Shown here: piece by piece, positions 20,601-27,428 of the stretch | How positions within the stretch are numbered: the first letter of the stretch is position 1 | How the letters are laid out: each line of letters opens with the position of its first letter | Assembly: GCA_040218735.1 (NCBI GenBank) | Contig: JAVJQW010000041.1 | Location: 32,001-96,000, forward strand | Source: Deltaproteobacteria bacterium | GTDB taxonomy: Bacteria > Myxococcota > Kuafuiibacteriia > Kuafuiibacteriales > Kuafuiibacteriaceae | Reading direction: 5' to 3' | DNA: 64,000 bases | Program-made: the position numbers and the translations under genes | Notes under the pieces: generated by a model | What the model was told of the DNA's origin: nothing | The model's input: only the letters and a program-made list of their open reading frames with translations | Database searches by the model: none

Positions 20601-23600
20601 GGCGAGCCGCTCGAGCGCGCGGTGACCGACGTCGTCACGCGGCTGTACCTGCACCCGCTGGAGGGGATGGATCTCTCCGAGACGCTCGAGGATGCGTTCT
20701 CGCGGTTGGTCGAGGCGCTCGACGGTTGGCTCGAGATTCAGCGCGTGCCGCCGATCGATCTCGTCGCGAACCCCGAGGTCGATGCGCTGCGCCAGGACTA
20801 CGAGCGGGTGTCGAACGACCTCGCCGGTGAGCTGTTCGCGTCGGCCGGTGACGCGCTCGGCGTCGCGCTCGACAAACGTGACGCCGCCCAGGTGCGCGTC
20901 GTCTTGGCGGCGTTGGAGTCGTCGTCGATGCTGCCGCCCGCGCTCGCGAAGCGCGCCGCGAAGCTCGCGAAGAGTCTGACCGGCGACCGCCTGGAGGAGA
21001 CGGCGGCGCGGTCCATCACGACGTTCTCGAAAAAGCTCACGAAGTCCTACTCGGCGGAGGGGGACTTCAAGGAGGCCGCGCACGGTTTCCTCCGCGGCGC
21101 GCGGGTCTGGGACCTGGAGTACCGGCTGCAGATCGTCGGGCGGTACCACGACCTGTTCGGCACACTCGCGAAGGCCGGGAGCGGGATCGCGCAGACGCGG
21201 CTCGAAGAGCTGGAGCGCCTCGCGGAGCGGTTCGACGGTGCGCAGGCGCAGACTCGGCTGGAGGCGTCGCGGCGCGCGGTGGACGCGGCGACGGTGCGCT
21301 ACGAGCAGCAGGGCGGCGCGAACGACCCGCAGATCGACGCGATCTTCAAGCGGCTGGTGTCGACGTGGGACCTCGTGTCGACCAGCCCGATCTTCCGCGC
21401 GCACGCGCTCCCCGAGCTGAAGGATCTCGAGAAACACCTGGTGTCGTTGGAGGCGGCCTACGACGCACGCGGCACGCCGACGCCGGAGTTCGTGCAGCTC
21501 TCGGAGGCGATGCGCGAGGCATCGCGTGCGCTGGAGGGGATGCGCATCGCGGAGCAGTCCGCGGATCTGCGTCGCGGTCTGGCGCGTTCGAACCAGAGCA
21601 CCGAGCAGATCGTTCGTTCGCTGCGCTCCGAGGTCGAGACGATCCGCACGCTCGACTCCGCGAAGTCGCGCAACGAGGTGCTCACGCAGGTGGAGCGTCG
21701 GATCGCGACGGCGACCGGCGACGGCGGGTTCCTGCGGCTGGATCCCAGCGGTGCGACGGTGACGCGCCCCGAGGGGCGGAGTGACACGGAGATCGGCGTG
21801 GAGGCCGCGCAGCTCGCGGAGGCGGAGGTGCGCTTGCACATCGCCGAACAGACCGAGCGCATCATGGGCGAAGTGCAGAACCTCGCGTCGGCGCCGCCCG
21901 CGTCGCCGGCCAAGGTGTTCGCGAACTACGACCTCGAGATGGCGCCCGACGCGCCGACGGTGAAGGCGACCCCGGCCGAGCAGCACTACGAGACGCAGAT
22001 GGCGGCGCTCACGAAGAGCGCCGCGGCGATGCGGACCACACGAACGAAGGCCCACGCGGAGGCGCTGCGTGCGAAGGACGACGAACGCATCGAGCGCATG
22101 TTCGACGCGCGCCTCAAGCAGAGCGTGCAGGAGGTCGGCGCGCAGATTCAGGGCTCGGCCACCGAGCTGATCCAGACGATCGGCTCGGTGTCCGGTGCGC
22201 TGGAGGTCGACCCGGAGCTCGCGGCCGACGTCCACGCTGCGGTGCAGCTCCTCGAGGTGGCGCGCGACAGCGCGGGGGGCTGGATGCGGCGCTCCGCCGA
22301 GGCGGCGTACGCGGTCGGTCGCGGCATCCTCCGCGTCGGTGTGAAGATCATGACGTTCGGGTTCGGCGACCTCCCGCCCGAACAGGTGGAGCCGGCGCCG
22401 GAGCTCGCCGAGGCGAAGCGCGCGGCGCAGCGGGTGTTGGAGCGTCTGCACGCGATCGCGGTGGCCGAGCGCCAGGAGCTGCCGGACTTCAACGAGCTCG
22501 AGGTCCACGAGGCCAACACCGACGTCCTCACGCAGCAGCTCGTCTCCGCGCAGACGCTCGGTGAGCTCGCGGCGAAGTTCTCGAAGATCGACACGCTCCG
22601 GCAGGGCGAGGACGACGCGGGCGTCGCGCGACACCTCGCGGCGGTCGCCGGTTCGATCACGCGCGAGCGCGGGATGGAGGAGACGCTCCGGCAGGTCTCC
22701 GCGTTCGTGGCGGGCGCCGACGCGCTGTCGGCGGCGGCGGCCGAGGGCGGGGTCCCGGTCGAGATGGCGCGTGCGGTGGACGCGGTGATGTCGGCGGCGG
22801 AGTCGGTGCGCACGCAGTCGCTCGCGGCGGGGGCGTACAAGAACACCGTTCGTGCGCTGGCGCGCGCGGTGGAGCGCATCGACGAGATGGCGGAGGAGGG
22901 CTCGGTGCCCGAGATCCTCGTGAACGTGCGCGAGGAGATCGTCGCGCTCGAGGAGCGCATCCAGGCGATGTTCGTCGGGCGGCAGGATCTGCTGACGATC
23001 GAAGCCGGCAACTACCGCGAGATGCTCCGGAGCCTCGGCGAGGCGACCGGCGAAGAGTCGAGTGCGCACGTCGTCGAGGCGGCGGTGTCGCGCAACCTCG
23101 CGCGGTTCGACGCCAAGGCGAAGGTCGCCGAGGAGGACGTCGACCGGTTGACGGAGTGCATCGGTGGGATCGGCGAACGTCGCGACAGCGAGGCGTCGGC
23201 GAATCGACCCAGCCGGGCTGCGCGGCTCGCGACGATCAACGTGTCGTTCGATCGCGCTTCCGAGATCACGTTCCCCGAGATCCCGGCGGAGGACGACGAG
23301 AGCGCAGAGGAGGCGGCGGCGAAGAGCGAGGCCCACGCGCTGCGCGGTGAGATCTACGACGTCACGAAGCGACTCGAGGACGACGTCGCCGAGCGCAGCG
23401 GGGGCCTCGAAGGCGAGACGGCGGCGGCGCTCGAAGCGCTCGATGCGCTGGAGGCGTCGCGCGGCGTGCGCGCGATGAACGACGCGCTGGGGCGGCTCGA
23501 CGAGGTCCGCGCCGCGATCGACACCATCGCGACCAAGGAGATGGACAGGCGAACCACCGCTCGTGAGGTCGGCCTCGTGCGGAACGCGCTGGGAAGGCTG

Positions 23601-26600
23601 TCCTCGACGCTCCGTGGGCTGGAGTCGGCGCCGGACGAGGCGATTGCGAAGGTCGATGCGGTCATCGAGGGCGTACGTCCGTTGGCCGCGGCGCTCCGCG
23701 AGGATCGCTTCCAACATCTCGCGCGCGACTGGGCCGCGCAGGCGCGCGTCGCGCTGACGGACACCCGCGGCACGATCGTGGAGACGATCGAGGCGCTCCC
23801 CGAAGAGAAGAGGTCCGGCAACGTGGTCGTCGCGCTCGAGTCCGTCGTCGATCGCCTCACGCCGCCGATCGGTCGTCTCGGTGCGTGGTCGCGGTCCCAG
23901 CTGCTGTGGCACGCGAAGCAGCGCATCGAAGCCACGCTCGGACACGACGACGCCGAGGATCCGAAGCTCGCCGCGTTGCTCGAGAAGATCGACGCCGGCG
24001 TCGCGACGCACGCAGCGGTCGCCGACGGGCCGGAGTACGAGGAGGCGGCGGCCGACGTCCTCGGCGCGACGCTCGACATCGGCGCCGCGATGATCGCCGC
24101 GAAGAAGCCGAACCGCGAGCAGCTCGCGACGTACGAGACGTTGGTCGGACAGGTGGATCGAATCCTCGCGGCCGAGGTGCCGGAGAACGATCGCGAGAAC
24201 ATCACCGACGCGATCCAGACGGTGCAGGCGCTCACGAAGGGCAAGGGCCCGGTCGCGGAGGCGGCGCGTGAGCTGAGCGTCGCGCTCGGACACGTCCGCC
24301 AGGCCGAGAACCACCGCACGATCGTCGCGGAGAAGCAGGCCCTGCGGGCGTCGGCGGAGTCCTACCTCGAGACCGTGCGTGACGCGCGGGTGCTCCTCGA
24401 CGAGGCCGCGAAGGCGTTCCTCGACTACGACCCGCTCGAGTCCGAGCAGCCGCTGAAGGTGACCGCGCGTGCGCTGCGCGACGCGGTGACCACCGCCTCC
24501 GAGGCGATGAACGGCCCGGCCGCCGTGGTGATCGCGCGTGCGTTCCTGGACCTGCAAGTTCGCTTGCAAGGCCTCGGCGACGGACCGATCAGCGCGGAGG
24601 CGGGACAGATCGTCGAGGAGCTCGACCCGGTGGTGCGCAACGCGCGTGCGATGGCCGAGGCGAAGGATGCGCCCGAGCTGTTCACGAAGATGGTCGCGCA
24701 CTTCGACGACAAGACCTCGGCGAAGAAGAAGCGCACCGACGAGCTCGCGAAGTGGGCGCAGGGCGCCAGCGAGGCGCTGCGGGCGTTGATGGCGGTCGAG
24801 GACGCCGAGATGCCGGCGCTGCTCGCGTCGACGCTCGACGATTGGTTCGAGGCGCTGAAGCCGAAGACGTCATCGGCCCCGGCGGCGCCGACCGTGCAGG
24901 CGGAAGCCAAGCCGGTGAAGCCGGTGAAGTCCGCGCTCGCCGGGCTGGTCGACACGGACCGGCGGAGCGTCGGGGCGGCGCTGGGCGCGCTCGCGGCCGA
25001 GTCGCGGTCGGCGCCGAACGCGCCGGACGGCGAGCGGACCGAGGGGGTGGCCCAGGAGGTCGAGAATCGCGACGCGCCGCGCGCCGAGAAGGGCTCGGAC
25101 CTCGGTGAGATCCACCGCGACGAGCTCTCGGGCGGCGCCGTCACGGAGCGCTCCGACAAGATCGAGATCGTCTCGATGGACCGCGAGGGCCTCGACTCGA
25201 TCCGCGAGCGCATGCAGAGCGCGGCGATCGACGAGGTCCACGAGAACGACGGCGAGGTGCTGCTGTCCGAGTTCGAGTCCTTCATCGAGGAGAACGCGGA
25301 GCTCGTCGACAAGATGGCGGCGACGCTGCGCGAGTATCCGGGCCTGGAGACGGTGATCGTGGTCGACCAGTCCGGGTCGACGTCGAAGCAGTCCAACGGC
25401 ACCTCCATCATCGACCAGGAGCGCGCCGCCGCAGCGCTGGTGATGGCGGCGCACATGCGCGCGGAGCGGAACTGCGCGGTCGTCGGTTTCGGCAACGGCA
25501 TCAGCTCCGAGAAGCCGGTGTCGGCCGTGGGGGGCGGCCGGTGGGGCGTGGACGTCTTCGTCCACAAACCCATGGCGCTCAAGCTCGACGCGGAGGCGGC
25601 GAACTTCGCGTACGGCGTGACCGGAAACTGCGGCGGCGGCACGGACTTCATCGAGCCGATCAACGTCGGGATGGGGCAGTTCACCTCCAAGGCGAACAAC
25701 AAACTCGTCTTGCTGCTCACCGACGCGCAGCTGCACGAGACCGCCGACGTGCGCCGCAAGATCGACACTGTGCGCGACGGCGGCGTCGGCGTGGCGGTGC
25801 TGGGCTTCGGCGCGGCGCGCCACGTGAGTCAGCTCGCCGGGGAGTTCGGTGAGCACGTCTCCAGCTACGAGCAGGCGATCGAGCGCGCGCATGAGCTCTT
25901 CCTCCGCGCGGTCGTCGACAACGCGGGGCGCTTCAAGGGGGATGTCGACGGTGCGGCCGACGGCATCGGCACGCCGCAGGGGCAGCACCCGATGGAGGCG
26001 GCGTCTTCGGACGGGCCGATGGACACCGCGCTCGACCTCGCGCACCCGGTCGACATCGCCGGAGACCCGGGCGAGGTCTACGCTGCGCGCGGCCCTCGGC
26101 GCGAGCTGATCAACACCGTGGATCGCGGCGTCTACGAGCGCGCGCTCAAGGCGTTGGACCTGAAGCACCGCTCCGTGACGAAGACGCCGAGCTTCAAGCG
26201 CTGTCGGCAGGAGGTCGCGGCGCTGCGTCGGCGTCACGAGCGCGAAGGAACGATCGAAGCGCTCGCCGGCGCGATTCAGCCGGGGCTCCCGAAGACCCGC
26301 GGCGTGGAGTGGGAGCGCAAGCAGCTCTCCGGGCCGAGCTTCGACGAGCGGCAGCTCGTGATCTGGGCGGCCGGTCGCGCGCAGGGTGTGCCGGTGCAGC
26401 GGATCTTCAAACGTCGCAAGGGCGCCGACGAGGCGAAGGCGACCGTAGTGCTCGCGATGGACGAGTCGTCCTCGATGGGCGACAGCGAGAAGATGCGCGC
26501 GAACCTCGAAGCGATGATCGCGTACGGCGATGCGCTGAAGGCGATCGACCCCGAGATCAAGATCGCGGTGGTCGGGTACGGCGATCGTGTCCGGTTGCAC

Positions 26601-26969
26601 GCCGGGTTCGAACACGCCTGGGACGACGAGCTGAAGGCACACCTGCTCCACCAGATCCGCGGTGAGTACGACGCGACCGACGACGAGCGCGGCGCGGCGG
26701 AGAGCATCGGCCTCCTCAAGATGATGGAGGCCGAGGTCGGGATGGTGATGAACTTCTCCGACGGCCAGGGCATGCCGGGCGCCGAGGACGTGATGCGCTC
26801 GGCGAAGGACGACGGGTTCAGCTTCCTCACGGTCGGGGTCGGACCGGACTGCGTGGGTGTCAGCCGCCTCGGCCCGTACGGCCTGTACGCGCGCAACCTC
26901 GCGCAGATGATCCAGAAGATGGCGCCGAGCATGGCGAAGAGCTGGGAGCTCGCCGGGAGGCTGGCGTGA
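14646..26969 (+). CDS. Giant midasin/dynein-like protein: six tandem AAA+ (AAA_5/MoxR-clade) modules, helical linker, two vWA/MIDAS domains
   Basis: Six repeated modules, three with a clear (H/D)PxFR signature. Intact Walker A/B only in AAA3 (GPASSGKT / LLMADE) and AAA4 (GNTGTGKT / WYIGDE). MIDAS motifs VVDQSGS (~25360) and AMDESSS (~26455). Confidence 0.85.
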   Translation: MGDGIEPKRTFRPYERTRVDDGSSPAIDDAHTKKRDADAPGKDLVGDVFQATHQIDDDAEQAKFRAKDATTERARADHVEAKDRLTVGGATYKLDAAAKRSMTALEPNRQVIAAVDGAIRAGRPLLLSAAPGSGAAYTTEWALRAMDRPHEIARLSKNTPLEALVGALRPEDGNALRVKDGPLTRAIRDGRVMVIDSVERADPQVRAALKALAAGLKRFHHPVSGELIDVHPEFRLVMIGDQRERRLGSQLGVRTVREIRAYDEAEHRRLLVDQVGLPEELAGRLAQFHEDVMEKVDASDLDFSRGFPLGWSMLERVGRRLASARDPDDAEIGRALMGVYGARLTKSHHRDAFQGLLEDLDAWPPKQRPARNSADESFVRTPRIDRILAQAEDALVAGEMLHLRGAGQSGITTLVEEIAQRRGQELVTIVGHSGLDAQTLVERPTFDEAGDLYFKPGRITRALLEGGILFVDHLDQLPREQQNAIFALRDMKTIRVLEGDTIVDKKVDPRARIVMSTTTGHVRGRATPEASDRAMATEIAVDAPDLDEVTGPFIDRLVPGRERLKERLSDVIYDLDAEGSIPRLNRLQRMTDFVRTAELLSESGFTNKGAIARALRMVFDPKESDVLTELDSAKPMDDDVEGPLWQRVLGLSDKDVASSLDKTGYRITNSMHAHLDALAIAHRLGRPVRSIGPASSGKTVLGSVFGALIDKSVVRTNFSQSTEGQSLLSAMAPVSEGERTIFKESLGPARTAAQTKSLLMADEWNLSRQGQMALKSALDKRGRLIDPEADIEESFAESFFYAAQNENDPALGRYEPPPEVADCMFTIFVDPRPVDEKIEVVKSQCDLKGEHIEPIANVFADLEVLVERGKLSSQVAPITATERDILKAARMAHYLIERDRVRGPDEQRQLVGREVFRVIRDQLASPEEREMVLDLVRKRFGDDIEAPPRPNGVEKVTVEVDGESVEMVQIGSARFPVRVLPEELQKDVPKLDGIRDPVGIQFEFLESVLLGAELKEPVAVVGNTGTGKTMLMKWLAHHLNQPVIEQPFNADMTEEHLFGAQVIGRGGKITFKYGDIPTAIKNGYWYIGDEPTTLGHSVREALNPVTERSEIQIAQKRPPETIPAKDWDPQFRYFETANGDDIRQDGYSAPEASRRRMVVLPELDTIEDYEAVARRDYQSEGFEPIEGLKRTDENRAAVRDAILELVGPSAFNEALVRAFEGEEVEPVQHVPSIELTDADAKTIVEALSIYTYKKKDASVRELLTDLLAASTGQAAFRAAPSIDPEVLSPRAKEALGGAAVVEGRLVNPDEVMAATELFFSLRELQRDAPDASLTPLTPRIYGTFMDALVQLRTRRSFGAALMRASEMFLAPKLPASVRKDLTAHVEDRAHVGDETPASVPEQLATKVRFGEVYVERGSERPWKPSNERFPLTEPRCRNLQAIGEAVELGRGRPISITDDENGEAVETLREFGRITGRRVTEVTLPPNVELEQLLERLVVSATSKSGFEPELQQIAQAIKDGHTLVLRGCGQVSTNRLERLNSLGDGRNAVHCPVSGEWLEAHPQFRLVMMRTPDSVEKYSAALENRLVTPPLTTQHVPTTEAARESRAAELAAVLRERCEMSRDTADKLGVFHVYLNHMLREGRFASGRAVGTFLNHDAESVGRRLAWLVERNEVDDEDEALVELVMSIYGERLATPTDRDKLLALVQKAFSTESTGVDIDATVSPGPNMNRVGPWALTRDPRGRADDLPKAEAVLPEGEVFDQVLQKVSAAAQFDEVIHLTGNDFIADAAVASLARLTTSPVVEVEGNRDMTEAHLFGGTVQDQQTGDFVETEGLIFQAQREGGTVVVKNASTLPPEVLTRLTQIAATGHLQRVKNGVLEEPARTFSLVLRTSEGDPPLARELMSLARTVRCPEIEDGSELVATAAHHLRAVAGGAQIAEELVSFHLMAAKALESESLVGRQQMRIDSARLVEATRDLAELVANGEPLERAVTDVVTRLYLHPLEGMDLSETLEDAFSRLVEALDGWLEIQRVPPIDLVANPEVDALRQDYERVSNDLAGELFASAGDALGVALDKRDAAQVRVVLAALESSSMLPPALAKRAAKLAKSLTGDRLEETAARSITTFSKKLTKSYSAEGDFKEAAHGFLRGARVWDLEYRLQIVGRYHDLFGTLAKAGSGIAQTRLEELERLAERFDGAQAQTRLEASRRAVDAATVRYEQQGGANDPQIDAIFKRLVSTWDLVSTSPIFRAHALPELKDLEKHLVSLEAAYDARGTPTPEFVQLSEAMREASRALEGMRIAEQSADLRRGLARSNQSTEQIVRSLRSEVETIRTLDSAKSRNEVLTQVERRIATATGDGGFLRLDPSGATVTRPEGRSDTEIGVEAAQLAEAEVRLHIAEQTERIMGEVQNLASAPPASPAKVFANYDLEMAPDAPTVKATPAEQHYETQMAALTKSAAAMRTTRTKAHAEALRAKDDERIERMFDARLKQSVQEVGAQIQGSATELIQTIGSVSGALEVDPELAADVHAAVQLLEVARDSAGGWMRRSAEAAYAVGRGILRVGVKIMTFGFGDLPPEQVEPAPELAEAKRAAQRVLERLHAIAVAERQELPDFNELEVHEANTDVLTQQLVSAQTLGELAAKFSKIDTLRQGEDDAGVARHLAAVAGSITRERGMEETLRQVSAFVAGADALSAAAAEGGVPVEMARAVDAVMSAAESVRTQSLAAGAYKNTVRALARAVERIDEMAEEGSVPEILVNVREEIVALEERIQAMFVGRQDLLTIEAGNYREMLRSLGEATGEESSAHVVEAAVSRNLARFDAKAKVAEEDVDRLTECIGGIGERRDSEASANRPSRAARLATINVSFDRASEITFPEIPAEDDESAEEAAAKSEAHALRGEIYDVTKRLEDDVAERSGGLEGETAAALEALDALEASRGVRAMNDALGRLDEVRAAIDTIATKEMDRRTTAREVGLVRNALGRLSSTLRGLESAPDEAIAKVDAVIEGVRPLAAALREDRFQHLARDWAAQARVALTDTRGTIVETIEALPEEKRSGNVVVALESVVDRLTPPIGRLGAWSRSQLLWHAKQRIEATLGHDDAEDPKLAALLEKIDAGVATHAAVADGPEYEEAAADVLGATLDIGAAMIAAKKPNREQLATYETLVGQVDRILAAEVPENDRENITDAIQTVQALTKGKGPVAEAARELSVALGHVRQAENHRTIVAEKQALRASAESYLETVRDARVLLDEAAKAFLDYDPLESEQPLKVTARALRDAVTTASEAMNGPAAVVIARAFLDLQVRLQGLGDGPISAEAGQIVEELDPVVRNARAMAEAKDAPELFTKMVAHFDDKTSAKKKRTDELAKWAQGASEALRALMAVEDAEMPALLASTLDDWFEALKPKTSSAPAAPTVQAEAKPVKPVKSALAGLVDTDRRSVGAALGALAAESRSAPNAPDGERTEGVAQEVENRDAPRAEKGSDLGEIHRDELSGGAVTERSDKIEIVSMDREGLDSIRERMQSAAIDEVHENDGEVLLSEFESFIEENAELVDKMAATLREYPGLETVIVVDQSGSTSKQSNGTSIIDQERAAAALVMAAHMRAERNCAVVGFGNGISSEKPVSAVGGGRWGVDVFVHKPMALKLDAEAANFAYGVTGNCGGGTDFIEPINVGMGQFTSKANNKLVLLLTDAQLHETADVRRKIDTVRDGGVGVAVLGFGAARHVSQLAGEFGEHVSSYEQAIERAHELFLRAVVDNAGRFKGDVDGAADGIGTPQGQHPMEAASSDGPMDTALDLAHPVDIAGDPGEVYAARGPRRELINTVDRGVYERALKALDLKHRSVTKTPSFKRCRQEVAALRRRHEREGTIEALAGAIQPGLPKTRGVEWERKQLSGPSFDERQLVIWAAGRAQGVPVQRIFKRRKGADEAKATVVLAMDESSSMGDSEKMRANLEAMIAYGDALKAIDPEIKIAVVGYGDRVRLHAGFEHAWDDELKAHLLHQIRGEYDATDDERGAAESIGLLKMMEAEVGMVMNFSDGQGMPGAEDVMRSAKDDGFSFLTVGVGPDCVGVSRLGPYGLYARNLAQMIQKMAPSMAKSWELAGRLA

Positions 26970-27415
26970 CGCTGAGGTTCTTCAACGGGCTGCAGATCGA
27001 CGTCCCGAAGGGGTGGACCGATCTGTCGACGGTGATCATCGCGCCGAAGAAGGACGTCGCGCAGGGCGACCGGCCTTCGATCAACCTCGTGGTGAAGCGG
27101 CGCCCCGCCAAGAAGAAAGAGGACGCCGACACGCTGAAGTCCTACCTGTCGTTCATGCGGCAGAGCTTCGGCGAGCTGCACGACCTCGAGACCAAGGACC
27201 TGCTCGTGGGGAACACACGCGCGAAGGCGGTGCGCTTCAAGGCGTACGCCGACGGGCGCTGTTTCACGCAGACCACGATGCTCTACACATCGGCGGGGGA
27301 CGAGATCTCCGCGACGGTGACCCAACTCGACGAGGATCCGACGACCGCGAAAGAGGTCGAGAAGCTCCTCAAGTCCATTCGCCCCGCGGCGGGTGGTGTG
27401 TTCGGAATCAAGTGA
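26966..27415 (+). CDS. DcrB/DUF1795 (EagR/PsbP/Mog1-fold)-like protein
   Basis: FFNGLQIDVPKGWTDLSTVII...SINLVVKR pattern, 149 aa. GTGA overlap with the giant gene. Confidence 0.65.
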   Translation: MTLRFFNGLQIDVPKGWTDLSTVIIAPKKDVAQGDRPSINLVVKRRPAKKKEDADTLKSYLSFMRQSFGELHDLETKDLLVGNTRAKAVRFKAYADGRCFTQTTMLYTSAGDEISATVTQLDEDPTTAKEVEKLLKSIRPAAGGVFGIK

Positions 27416-27428
27416 AGGAAGCGACGAG

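Noticed and set aside
14544-26651. Very long antisense ORFs (1262, 2064 and 593 aa)
   Set aside because: Arg/Leu/Val-rich shadow frames expected opposite high-GC genes. The plus-strand ORF carries all the motifs.
14646-26969. Eukaryotic contamination or a definite MDN1 ortholog
   Set aside because: Intron-free, translationally coupled in a bacterial operon, with host-like codon usage. Orthology needs phylogeny, so no gene symbol was given.
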